Below are positions 1-8,908 of a stretch of 45,217 nt of DNA, in pieces. Each line of letters starts with the position of its first letter. Position 1 is the stretch's first letter. The position numbers and the translations under genes are program-made. Location of the stretch: the sequence record SRR31156797_10293; one strand, 5' to 3'. The notes beneath the pieces were generated by a model. The model ran no database searches. It was not told the origin of the DNA and worked only from the letters and a program-made list of their open reading frames with translations.

Positions 1-28
1 ACACTCTATCCAGCTGAGCTACCCGCCC
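1..28 (-). tRNA. 5' part of a tRNA, probably tRNA-Arg (truncated by window edge)
   Basis: Minus strand reads GGGCGGG-TA-GCTC-AGCTGGATA-GAGT-GT: 7-nt acceptor strand, U8/A9, D-stem, and a D-loop with GG followed by A20 (Arg identity element). The anticodon lies outside the window. Confidence 0.85.
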
Positions 29-96
29 ATAGGTGATGCTACAGTGCACTAGAGAAGAAAATGATATTTGAACAGCGCACATTTGAAAGTGGGGTT

Positions 97-125
97 TATA
101 TACACTGGTTGCAATCGCATGTAAA
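97..125 (-). promoter_or_regulatory. Putative sigma70 promoter for the tRNA
   Basis: Minus strand TTTACA-17 nt-TATATA, with TG immediately before the -10, about 70 nt upstream of the tRNA 5' end. Confidence 0.45.
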
Positions 126-212
126 CGAAAGAATGTGCACCGCCGATACTTCTTTACAAGCAGCGTTGGCTATCGATCCTTGCTGAACTGCACGGCACCT
201 TGACCTTGGTAA

Positions 213-515
213 TTACTTCTTATGCAGGTGGGTCATATACTCGTCCCACTCGACCGGAAGAGAGGATTTTTTCTTGTTGTTACAATCCTTACAGCATGGA
301 ACCAAGTTGTCTTTAGTACTTCTTCCCCCTCTGCCAAGTGGGATGACATGATCCATGGTCAGATTTTTAAAGCCGACTTTTTCCCCGCAATAGTAGCAGG
401 TTTCAGTGGATGTCTTTTGCTGCCACCAACGGGTACTGCGCAACTGTTTGGCTTTTTTTCGTTCTGCTTTGATAATGGAATCGTCGATCCCACCTAAGCT
501 GTAATAATCTACCAT
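213..515 (-). CDS. Small stand-alone HNH endonuclease family protein
   Basis: CYYC...TMDHVIPLGRGG...NLVPCCKDCN: HNH motif with Zn-binding CxxC pairs; 100 aa; starts 11 nt after folC. Confidence 0.9.
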   Translation of the reverse strand: MVDYYSLGGIDDSIIKAERKKAKQLRSTRWWQQKTSTETCYYCGEKVGFKNLTMDHVIPLGRGGRSTKDNLVPCCKDCNNKKKSSLPVEWDEYMTHLHKK

Positions 516-526
516 TGTATATTTCT

Positions 527-1819
527 CTATAAAGTATTCTTTCCTTGAAGTAGTTCTCTTGCCTTGCCTACCAGGTACAGGGAGCCGGCAATTAAAATAA
601 GATCTTCGGGGGCAGAGTGCGCAACTGTATATTCCAGTGCGTTATCTACTTCGGCAGTGCATCGTACTTTTGAAAGATAATGCGTCGGGACCTGTTCTTC
701 AAGCTGTTCTGCGGTTGCAGACCGGGTCGTTTCTGCCTGGGTCAAGACAATAACAGAAACCTGTTTAAGAAGAGCAAGCCAGGCTGGGCCAAGACTTTTG
801 TCGGCCATGCTGCCCCAGATTAGGATGATCCTTTTAGCGTGAAAGGTATCTTGCAGGGCGTGGTTAAGTGCCTGTATCCCAGCTTCGTTATGGGCGCCAT
901 CGAGTAAAAAATGACGTTTGTCCAGTCCCTTTCCATGGATAACAGGTTCCATGCGCCCCGGCCAGCTGGTCTTTTGCAGAGCTTGTGCTACTTTTTCCTT
1001 GGCCAGTTGAAAACCTTTTTGCTGGAGCACCTCTGAGGCTGCAAGTGCAAGGCAAGTATTAGCCTGTTGATGTTTCCCTTGCAGTACACACTCTAACCCT
1101 CGAAATTGGGTGTTGCTAATACCGGTGTAAGTAAATGAAGTTGGTGTTTCAGTTTGGTAAGTAAACTCAGTACCCAGGGTGTAGAGTGTGTTGTGCTTTT
1201 TTTTACAGGTTGTTTTGATCACTTCCTGAGCTGAGTGGTCATGTACGCCAGAAACAACAGGAACCGCATCCTTTATAATTCCTGCTTTTTCTCTCGCAAT
1301 TTGAGTAAGGGTGTTGCCGAGGTATTCCTGATGATCAAGATTGATGTTGGTAATAACCGAAACCAACGGCGTAATAACATTGGTTGCATCGAGCCTGCCG
1401 CCAAGTCCGGTTTCAATAATCGCTATATCCACCTTTTGTTGCTGAAACCAGAGAAAAGCCAGTGCTGTTGTGAATTCAAAATAGGTAATGTGCTGGGTGC
1501 CTAGTGCTTCTTTAATGGTAGTGGCTAGCTCGGCAAAGCTTTGGCGATCAATAGACTTACCATTGATGGAAAAACGTTCCCGAACACTTGATAAATGAGG
1601 GGACGAGTAAAAGCCCACTTTATAGTCGTTATGGTGAAGGAGACTAAGCAGAGTAGCACCCACTGACCCTTTGCCATTGGTCCCAGCAAGGTGAACAGCC
1701 GGAAAGGCCGTATGTGGACTACCAAGTTTGGACAGGATGATGTTTACAGCTTCAAGGCCGAGCTTGATTTTAAAAAATTGCAGCTCGTTGAGATATGTGC
1801 AGGCTTCTGAATATTGCAT
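527..1819 (-). CDS. folC: Bifunctional folylpolyglutamate synthase/dihydrofolate synthase
   Basis: HLAGTNGKGS P-loop, SPHL, ETGLGGRLDATN, WPGRME, LDGAHN, GSLYLVG motifs. Confidence 0.96.
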   Translation of the reverse strand: MQYSEACTYLNELQFFKIKLGLEAVNIILSKLGSPHTAFPAVHLAGTNGKGSVGATLLSLLHHNDYKVGFYSSPHLSSVRERFSINGKSIDRQSFAELATTIKEALGTQHITYFEFTTALAFLWFQQQKVDIAIIETGLGGRLDATNVITPLVSVITNINLDHQEYLGNTLTQIAREKAGIIKDAVPVVSGVHDHSAQEVIKTTCKKKHNTLYTLGTEFTYQTETPTSFTYTGISNTQFRGLECVLQGKHQQANTCLALAASEVLQQKGFQLAKEKVAQALQKTSWPGRMEPVIHGKGLDKRHFLLDGAHNEAGIQALNHALQDTFHAKRIILIWGSMADKSLGPAWLALLKQVSVIVLTQAETTRSATAEQLEEQVPTHYLSKVRCTAEVDNALEYTVAHSAPEDLILIAGSLYLVGKARELLQGKNTL

Positions 1820-2021
1820 GGGTAAGGGCGGGTGAAATAAGCAATCGGCGCTCAGCTAGAAGTGAGATTTAAAAGTAGAAATATCTTCTTTAATTGTAAC
1901 TGTTCAGCAGGGCTAAGGAGCCGTGCAAGCAGGCTGGATATCGAAAGTAATGTTATGCTTTCCTGTCTGATGGTTGGCAGAGGTAAACCTAGACTCCGTG
2001 GGGTGCTGCTGAATAGTTCCA

Positions 2022-4229
2022 CTAATCTATAATTTCCAGTTTTGCATAATCGAGATGTAAAATTTTGGTTCCGTGACGGTCAAAGGATACTTCTACCCTG
2101 CGTGGCCCTGGTATATTAACAACCCTTCCATTTCCAAAATAGGAGTGATTGACAACCATGCCGTTGGTAAAGGTTTGACGAGCTGATTGCGTCTTTTTCA
2201 ACGCTCTTGGAGCACCTCCTGGGTCTGGCAGCGCAGTGTTTCCGTAGGCAGGGATACCCTGATCATTTATGTAAAGGCCCTGTGGGATTTCCCGGATATA
2301 AGGAGACATGCCCGTACGTCGATATTGTCTGTCAGGAGTGACAAGCTCGCAAGGGTAGGTAAGGAAAAGTTGTTTTTTAGCTCTGGTTGCTGCCACATAA
2401 AGTAGTCGGCGCTCTTCCTCGTATTGGCTGCCAGGGGTTGCATTCTGGTGGGGAAATCTGCCTTCTGCAAGTCCCATAACAAAAACAACATCCCACTCCA
2501 ACCCTTTGGATGAATGGATGGTAGAAATAATCAGCTGGCTTGTATCTTCCTTGTCTGCTGCGTTGGCAATATTATCTGGTGGATCAAGCGCAGTATCGTC
2601 AACAAAGGATTGCAGATCACCATATCCACCGATAAGAGCACTTATTTGATCCAGCTCTTTCCGCCGTTTCGGGTAATCATCATAATAAATTTTTTCAAAC
2701 ACAGGCAGATAGTATTCTATAACCCGGTCATAGATGGTGGAAGGTGGCAGGTCTGGCTGATCTATCTCCTGTAAGGTTGCCAGTAACGCTTCAAATCCGT
2801 CCTTCCATGTTTTGCCCGGTTTATACTGTGAGAGGGCAGCTGTCGGTGTGTCGGATGTTTTGATAAAATTAATAATTTTTTGGGCAGTTTTGGGGCCTAC
2901 CTTATCAAGCTGGAGCAAGATCCTGTTCCAGGAAAGGCTATCCCACGGATTAACAAGGATCCTAAAAAAAGAAAGAATATCCTTTATGTGAGCGGATTCG
3001 GTCAATCTCATACCGCCCCTTTTTTCAAAGGGCAGGTAATGACTGGTCAGCTCCATTTCAAGCTTATAAGAATGAAATCCGGAACGAAAAAGCACGGCTA
3101 TTTCATTGACAAGTGTCCCTTCTTTCTGCAATTTGTTTATTGTTTTAACAATATAGCGTGCCTCTGCTGCTTCGTTTTTGGCAGAGTATACGGTGGGTCT
3201 GACACCGCCCTCGATATTAGAGAACAGGGACTTGGTAAATTTTTCTTCAGCGTTGCGGATAACAGCGTTGGTGAGTTCAAGAATAGGCTGGGTAGAACGA
3301 TAATTTTCTTCGAGCTTTATGACATCGGTACCGGGAAACTGCTCTGAAAAGCGCATGATGTTATAAAAATCAGCACCACGAAAGCTATAGATAGATTGGG
3401 CATCGTCGCCGACAACCATTACATTGTCATGATTGGAGGCAAGGAGGCGAATAATACGTGCCTGGATAAGGTTTGTATCCTGGTATTCATCCACGAGTAC
3501 ATATTGAAAGCGATTGCAGATGGCTTCTTTGGCCTCTGGGGCATCACTGAGCAGACGCTTCCAATTGACCAGCAGGTCATCATAGTCCATAAGTCCATGA
3601 TCCTGCTTAAACTGATTGTAATGCTGATGTATTGCCTGGAAGTCTTCTAAAAATTCCGAAAGGTGGACATGGCTTTCGTAGACCAAATCCTCTATGCTAC
3701 GGGATTTATTGATCGAACCTGAAATAAGGTTGATAATAACCCGCTTGCTGGGAAAGCGTTTTCCGGCTCCAGACAGTCCCAGCGAAGATTTGAGAAGATT
3801 TACGATTCCTTCGGCATCACCACGGTCAATAATGGTAAAGCGCGGGCCAAAACCAAGGTAGTGTCCATATTGACGAAGCAGGATATTGGCTGTGGCATGA
3901 AAGGTGCCTCCTACAATTCGTTGTGAGGCATGGTCGGTAAGTTGCCCAGCTCTCCATAGCATTTCCTGTGCAGCCTTTCTAGTAAAGGTAAGCAGGAGAA
4001 TTGACTCTGGGGGCACTCCTTGGCTAAGAAGATACGCCATTCGATGGACCAGGGTTCTTGTCTTGCCACTGCCTGCCCCTGCAATAACAAGTACTGGGCC
4101 GTCATTATGGGTGACAGCAGCATGTTGAGCAGGATTTAAATCAGTGGTTGCGGTCGTCCCGGATGAAGTATCGGGGGCTTGTTCTGTATGTTCAAATAAG
4201 TGTTGTTGCATGGGGGCAATACCTACCAT
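2022..4229 (-). CDS. ATP-dependent DNA helicase, UvrD/PcrA family
   Basis: AGAGSGKT, VDEYQDTN, VGDDAQSIYSFRGA, LEENYRS, STIHSSKGLEW, EEERRLLYVAATRA; C-terminal PcrA-like Tudor-type tail (VNHSYFGNG...). The start could be the next ATG (MQQHL). Confidence 0.95.
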   Translation of the reverse strand: MVGIAPMQQHLFEHTEQAPDTSSGTTATTDLNPAQHAAVTHNDGPVLVIAGAGSGKTRTLVHRMAYLLSQGVPPESILLLTFTRKAAQEMLWRAGQLTDHASQRIVGGTFHATANILLRQYGHYLGFGPRFTIIDRGDAEGIVNLLKSSLGLSGAGKRFPSKRVIINLISGSINKSRSIEDLVYESHVHLSEFLEDFQAIHQHYNQFKQDHGLMDYDDLLVNWKRLLSDAPEAKEAICNRFQYVLVDEYQDTNLIQARIIRLLASNHDNVMVVGDDAQSIYSFRGADFYNIMRFSEQFPGTDVIKLEENYRSTQPILELTNAVIRNAEEKFTKSLFSNIEGGVRPTVYSAKNEAAEARYIVKTINKLQKEGTLVNEIAVLFRSGFHSYKLEMELTSHYLPFEKRGGMRLTESAHIKDILSFFRILVNPWDSLSWNRILLQLDKVGPKTAQKIINFIKTSDTPTAALSQYKPGKTWKDGFEALLATLQEIDQPDLPPSTIYDRVIEYYLPVFEKIYYDDYPKRRKELDQISALIGGYGDLQSFVDDTALDPPDNIANAADKEDTSQLIISTIHSSKGLEWDVVFVMGLAEGRFPHQNATPGSQYEEERRLLYVAATRAKKQLFLTYPCELVTPDRQYRRTGMSPYIREIPQGLYINDQGIPAYGNTALPDPGGAPRALKKTQSARQTFTNGMVVNHSYFGNGRVVNIPGPRRVEVSFDRHGTKILHLDYAKLEIID

Positions 4230-4254
4230 AGCAGGCCACGAGAAGCAATGGCTG

Positions 4255-4283
4255 TTGACACTATATTAAAGACAGATTAAATA
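4255..4283 (+). promoter_or_regulatory. Possible sigma70 promoter for ORF 4379
   Basis: Perfect TTGACA, 17 nt, then an imperfect -10 (TAAATA). Confidence 0.3.
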
Positions 4284-4378
4284 TGATTTTCTTTACACCT
4301 TCACCATTTCTTGGGATCAGTGCGGCTTTGTATCAGCTGTTTCATTGGTTTCGCACATAGGGATACATTAGACGAATT

Positions 4379-4780
4379 ATGGATATATTTACCGAATATT
4401 TCACCGCAGAGAAATTAGCCGAATTATTTCCACCCCAACGAAGTAATGACTTTTTTGAAGCCTTGTTTGGCGATGCGGAAGAGGGCGCTTTTGATATTCG
4501 TCTTGCGTATGATCGTTATGACAGCGATGACGAGACCTTACACTTTACTCTGCAGCTGCATGAACGTCCAGGTAAGTGCCTGGCCTGTAATCTCACCTAT
4601 GGCTTGCCAGATGTTTTTACCAGGCACCCGATTATTAATGTTACCGGGTTGATAAAAGATATTGATGTTCTGCTGGGCGATAATTTTGTGTGCGAAGAAT
4701 GGAAATTGGGTACAACCCAACAACAGCAAAGCAGCTTGCATTCAATACCGTTGGTGATTGCGGTTAAGAAAGTGGGATAG
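4379..4780 (+). CDS. Conserved hypothetical protein with CxxC motif
   Basis: 133 aa acidic ORF filling the gap, with FFEALFGDAEEGAFDI and ERPGKCLACNLTYGLP-x-VF-x-RHP segments that resemble a family common in sulfate reducers; function unknown. Confidence 0.8.
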   Translation: MDIFTEYFTAEKLAELFPPQRSNDFFEALFGDAEEGAFDIRLAYDRYDSDDETLHFTLQLHERPGKCLACNLTYGLPDVFTRHPIINVTGLIKDIDVLLGDNFVCEEWKLGTTQQQQSSLHSIPLVIAVKKVG

Positions 4781-4802
4781 GGGACTGCTTTTACGACCCT
4801 TT

Positions 4803-4846
4803 AAAAGAAAGGAAGTGGCAGGCCTTTTGGGGCCCGATCCACTTCC
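4803..4846 (-). terminator. Intrinsic terminator downstream of the GGDEF gene (between convergent genes)
   Basis: GGAAGTGG (4811-4818) pairs with CCACTTCC (4839-4846) around an inner GGCC/GGCC stem; the A-rich run at 4803-4810 gives a U-tract on the minus strand. Confidence 0.6.
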
Positions 4847-4860
4847 AGATGTACGGATGA

Positions 4861-5862
4861 TCAGTGAACAGCTATTCTGGCTTTTCCTCTTGCCTTGGCT
4901 TGGTACAGAATATCATCGGCTGCTTCAAGCCACTGTTCTTCGGTCATCTCGCCGTCCCATGCGGAAAGCCCAACGCTTACACCAAGCATACCTGCGCTTG
5001 TCGAGATACCCAACGCTTTTACAGCCGAGCAGAGACGTTCGGCCAAATATTCGGCTGCGCGTAGATTCGTATCTGGCAGTATAAGCAAGAATTCATCACC
5101 ACCCATTCTAACCAGTAAGTCTGAGCTGCGTATCTCTTGGTTAAGAGCGGCGGCCACCTGCTGCAAAACCTTGTCTCCCTGCACGTGTCCCATGGTATCG
5201 TTGACAGCCTTGAAATGATCAAGATCCAGCGCGGCCAATGTTAATGGGTGATTGTAGCGTTTTGCCTGCTCCATAATTGCGACAATGCGTTCCTCAAAAA
5301 CAAATCTATTGGGCAGGCTGGTAAGCGTATCCCTGCGGGCCTGATAAAAAATTTCTTCAAATTCCAGTGCTCTTTTAATAGGGGGTGCAACAATCGAAAG
5401 CGTTTCCTCGAGAAAGGCTGTCTCTGAGTGGGTAAATTGTTCATTTTTGCGTATCATCACGAAAGTCCCGCTGTCCTCAAGTGATTCCGAGTGCCAGGTA
5501 AAGGCAGACAAATCCTCGACTTGCTGGTTTTTTAGAGCATGATTCTTTTGTCTCAGGAGGTGTTCTGTGATTTTTACTGCGTGGCGTCGCTCAGGTCCGT
5601 GGCTTGAACAATACATATGCATCTTTTCATGGGTAGGGTTGTAATACCCTATGAGGTCATGATGGATATGCTCCATCATCCAAATGGAATACGTTTCAAG
5701 CATTGTCGGTAAATCTAATATGCCGGATAAACGTTGATGAAGAATATTTACCTTCTGCAATGTCTCAGACTGTTTCCTGTAATGCTCCAGTTGGAAAAGA
5801 AGAGCATCAACGGTGGTGGTAAGCTTTGGATTGTGTAGGCTTGTTGCAACAGCTGCGTTCAT
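4861..5862 (-). CDS. Diguanylate cyclase (GGDEF domain) with N-terminal GAF-like/unknown region
   Basis: DTLTSLPNR, DLDHFKAVNDTMGHVQGD, I-site RSSD five residues before an intact GGDEF, ADDILYQAK. Confidence 0.93.
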   Translation of the reverse strand: MNAAVATSLHNPKLTTTVDALLFQLEHYRKQSETLQKVNILHQRLSGILDLPTMLETYSIWMMEHIHHDLIGYYNPTHEKMHMYCSSHGPERRHAVKITEHLLRQKNHALKNQQVEDLSAFTWHSESLEDSGTFVMIRKNEQFTHSETAFLEETLSIVAPPIKRALEFEEIFYQARRDTLTSLPNRFVFEERIVAIMEQAKRYNHPLTLAALDLDHFKAVNDTMGHVQGDKVLQQVAAALNQEIRSSDLLVRMGGDEFLLILPDTNLRAAEYLAERLCSAVKALGISTSAGMLGVSVGLSAWDGEMTEEQWLEAADDILYQAKARGKARIAVH

Positions 5863-5916
5863 GGTAAATATCCTATGGTATAAAGTATCCTGTTCTCACT
5901 CAGTTTCATTTTAGCT

Positions 5917-5932
5917 TGCTAGATTAATGCCT
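5917..5932 (-). promoter_or_regulatory. Putative sigma54 (-24/-12) promoter of the GGDEF gene
   Basis: Minus strand AGGCATTAATCTAGCA = GG-N10-GC; IHF-like TAACAGCAAGTTA at 5960-5972 and TGTCA repeats at 5996-6028 lie upstream. Confidence 0.45.
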
Positions 5933-6120
5933 ATATGGATAGTAATTTTTACTTTTAAATAACAGCAAGTTATACTAAGTAGAGCAGGTCGGAAATGTCA
6001 GTCTGTTGTCAGTGTCAGAAATATGGCATCTCCAGATAAACTTTCGAGACATCTCTTTGACTACTTTGAAACACCTTATCATTTGGTGGGGGTGTTTTTT
6101 AATAATAAGAAGGCAGTTCA

Positions 6121-7173
6121 ATGAAAATAGGGCAAATGTTCCTGGTCGGTTTTCGCGGCAGCAAGGTGAATCAAACAGATTGGATTGCACGAAGCATAAA
6201 AGAACATCATCTTGGCGGTGTTATCCTTTTTGATCGAAATATTTCGGGTGCAGTGCAAAATTTTGATTCTCCATCTGGACTCACCCGTCTTGTTGACAGT
6301 TTGCACTCTTTTGCGCAAACACCACTTTTGATTGCTGTGGACCAGGAAGGCGGAAAAGTGTGCAGGTTAAAGGGAAAAAACAATTTTCCTTCCATATGCA
6401 GTGCTGCAGCCATGGCTAAAGATGGCTTTAATAAAACCAGGGAACAGGCAGGTTTATTAGCGCATACGCTACACAGTCATGCTATTAACCTGAATTTTGC
6501 GCCTGTTGTTGACCTCAATCTGAATCCCTTTAATCCTATAATTGGTAAATTTGAGCGCAGTTTCAGTGACAGGGTTAGTGAAGTTGTTGCTCATGCTGAA
6601 CTTTTTATTCAAGAACACCATAAATATGGAATAGGGTGCTGTATAAAACACTTCCCTGGTCACGGGAGTGCTAAAAATGATTCACATCTTGGTTTTGTGG
6701 ATGTAACAGAAGATTGGCAGCAAATAGAACTGGAACCTTATAGAGAACTCATTAATGGCGGTTACTGTGATGGCGTGATGACCGGACATCTTGTCCATCG
6801 AGGTCTGGACCAAAACGGAAAACCTGCAACCCTTTCTAGGTTGATGATCGATGGTCTTTTGCGCAGGGAGTTGCATTTTAAAGGTGTTGTATTTAGTGAT
6901 GATTTGCAGATGGCAGCCATCACTAAAGGATGGGCTTATCGCCAGGCAGTACAGGAGGCTGTCATTGCCGGAGTTGACATGCTGGTTATTGGGAATAATT
7001 TATGTAATCAGGAAAACGCTGTTGAAGAAGGTGTTGAGGCTGTCACAGAGTTGTTAGAACAGGGCAGGGTTACAGAAGATCGGATACAACAATCAATTAA
7101 TAATATTTGGTGTTTAAAACAAAAAATTGGAGGTAAACGTCCGTGGAAGAACAACAACCGACTCACAGTATAG
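6121..7173 (+). CDS. nagZ: Beta-N-acetylhexosaminidase, glycoside hydrolase family 3
   Basis: AVDQEGGKV, NFAPVVD, the NagZ signature KHFPGHG-x4-DSH, and SDDLQM. Confidence 0.88.
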   Translation: MKIGQMFLVGFRGSKVNQTDWIARSIKEHHLGGVILFDRNISGAVQNFDSPSGLTRLVDSLHSFAQTPLLIAVDQEGGKVCRLKGKNNFPSICSAAAMAKDGFNKTREQAGLLAHTLHSHAINLNFAPVVDLNLNPFNPIIGKFERSFSDRVSEVVAHAELFIQEHHKYGIGCCIKHFPGHGSAKNDSHLGFVDVTEDWQQIELEPYRELINGGYCDGVMTGHLVHRGLDQNGKPATLSRLMIDGLLRRELHFKGVVFSDDLQMAAITKGWAYRQAVQEAVIAGVDMLVIGNNLCNQENAVEEGVEAVTELLEQGRVTEDRIQQSINNIWCLKQKIGGKRPWKNNNRLTV

Positions 7174-7574
7174 TGATAGGGTACATTATCTGGGTATTTG
7201 GTTTTCTGGGTGCCCATCGCTTTTATTATGGAAAGCCCATTTCGGGGACGATTTACTTTTTTACCCTGGGGCTTTTCTTTATAGGTTGGGTGGTTGACTT
7301 ATTTCTGATCCCGGCAATGGAAAGGGAGGCAGATATTCGTTTTCAGGCAGGTCCTATCGACTATACGGTTGCCTGGCTGTTACTGGTTTTCCTTGGTTTA
7401 TTCGGTATCCACAGGATGTATATGGGAAAGTGGTTTACTGGTATTCTATACCTGCTGACTTTCGGTGTTTTTGGTCTCGGTTACATCTATGACATGTGGA
7501 CAATTAATGACCAGATAACCCTACTTAACGGTGAAAAAAGCCAAGGTTCTTCAACGATGGTATCGCAGAGCTAA
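7143..7574 (+). CDS. TM2/NINE-domain membrane protein (two TM2 repeats)
   Basis: GFLGAHRFYYGK and GLFGIHRMYMGK repeats; GTG start with a GGAGG SD lying inside the end of nagZ. Confidence 0.88.
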   Translation: MEEQQPTHSIVIGYIIWVFGFLGAHRFYYGKPISGTIYFFTLGLFFIGWVVDLFLIPAMEREADIRFQAGPIDYTVAWLLLVFLGLFGIHRMYMGKWFTGILYLLTFGVFGLGYIYDMWTINDQITLLNGEKSQGSSTMVSQS

Positions 7575-8345
7575 TCAAGGCTGCGGTCTGGTAAATACAA
7601 AACGTTTATCATCGGAAAGGTGCTGAGTAAACAAATAGTTATCGGTGGTAAACGACTTTACCCTTTCTGCGGTTGTAATGCGGTTTTTAATCATATAATG
7701 AGCCATAAGACCACGCGCTCGTTTTGCAAAAACAGCAACAGTTCTCAGCTGTCCATTTTTTTCTTCCTGAAAAATGACATCAACCACCGGTATGGTCAGT
7801 GTTTTTCTGGTAATAACCTTGGAGTATTCAATTGAGGCAAGGTTGAAGAGAACCGGGGATTTGCTGCTAGTGGCACTTTTGTTAATGGCTTCAGATACCT
7901 TGGTGCCCCAAAATCGATAAAGGTTTACACCGTATTTGTTTGCCAATTTGGTTTTCATTTCCAACCTGTAAGGTTGGATAAGGTCCAAGGGACGAAGGCA
8001 TCCATACAGCCCTGAAAGAATTCGCATGTTTTCCTGGGCAAACTGTAGATCTTCTTTAGAATAACTGTCGCTCGCAATACCTCGATAAACATCGCCGGTA
8101 AAGGCAAAAATAGCCTGTTTTGCGTTGCTTTTGTTAAATGGCTGGCTAAAAGATTGGTAGCGGTCAACGTTAAGTTGTGCAATTTTTTCGCTAATTTGCA
8201 TTAAGCTGCGTAATTCTTCAACTGAATAACCTCTGAGTATATCAATGAGTTCTTGGGAATTCTCAAGAAAAACGGGTGTAGTTGCAGATTGTTCGGGCAC
8301 GGGCGTGGTAAAATCTTGCCCTTTAGAAGGTGAGAGGATAAACAT
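7575..8345 (-). CDS. yaaA: Peroxide stress protein YaaA (DUF328)
   Basis: ILSPSK N-terminus, FTGDVY, ILSGLYGCLRPLDLIQPYRLEM, NLASIEYSK, AKRARGLMA. Confidence 0.93.
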   Translation of the reverse strand: MFILSPSKGQDFTTPVPEQSATTPVFLENSQELIDILRGYSVEELRSLMQISEKIAQLNVDRYQSFSQPFNKSNAKQAIFAFTGDVYRGIASDSYSKEDLQFAQENMRILSGLYGCLRPLDLIQPYRLEMKTKLANKYGVNLYRFWGTKVSEAINKSATSSKSPVLFNLASIEYSKVITRKTLTIPVVDVIFQEEKNGQLRTVAVFAKRARGLMAHYMIKNRITTAERVKSFTTDNYLFTQHLSDDKRFVFTRPQP

Positions 8346-8386
8346 TTTACTACCTTTTTAAAGAGTTAACTGAGTTTTACTAACCG

Positions 8387-8491
8387 TTATAAGTATCTTG
8401 AACTCAAAGTGAGGAGTTTGTAAAAAAAGCGGCCCACCGGGGCAGCATTTCCGATGGCATTGTACAGACCTTTTATCTTTTTTTGAACCAT
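8387..8491 (-). CDS. Candidate small protein or leader peptide, 34 aa (MVQKKIKGLYNAIGNAAPVGRFFYKLLTLSSRYL)
   Basis: ATG at 8491 preceded by GGAGGT at 7-nt spacing; TAA at 8389-8387; shorter than any ORF listed in the supplied track. Confidence 0.4.
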   Translation of the reverse strand: MVQKKIKGLYNAIGNAAPVGRFFYKLLTLSSRYL

Positions 8492-8626
8492 AATAACCAC
8501 CTCCACTCAGCGTCTAAGCGGTCTCCAGTACACCATAGTTTGAACTTAGCCAAATTTTAGGTTTAATGACCCTTTTTATTGCCTTTAGGCGTTGTTTTGC
8601 TAGTGGAGCTGCAGTATAAGGCTGAC

Positions 8627-8908
8627 ATGAAGAAAAAAATAGAGAATAAAACCATTGAAGGCTGTAAACCGGAAATATCATATCCCTGTACGTGGCAATA
8701 TAAAATTATTGGCACTGACCATGAATCGATCACTGATGTTGTCCACGAGCTACTCAAGGATTCCGATTTCCTCCTGACTGAGTCGCATAAAAGCTCAGGC
8801 GGGCATTATGTAAGCATGAACCTTGAACTCGTTGTGCAGTCTGAAGAGCAGCGAATGTCCCTTTTTAATAAACTGAGTGAAAAACCAGCAGTTAAAATGA
8901 TTTTATGA
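8627..8908 (+). CDS. DUF493/YbeD (HP0495-like) family protein
   Basis: ISYPCTWQYKIIG and SHKSSGGHYVSMNL motifs; ATG 8627 preferred over TTG 8579. Confidence 0.85.
   Translation: MKKKIENKTIEGCKPEISYPCTWQYKIIGTDHESITDVVHELLKDSDFLLTESHKSSGGHYVSMNLELVVQSEEQRMSLFNKLSEKPAVKMIL

Noticed and set aside
213..4229. UvrD helicase plus HNH nuclease as an anti-phage module
   Set aside because: The genes are separated by folC, and the helicase looks like a full housekeeping PcrA/UvrD with its C-terminal domain; there is no island context.
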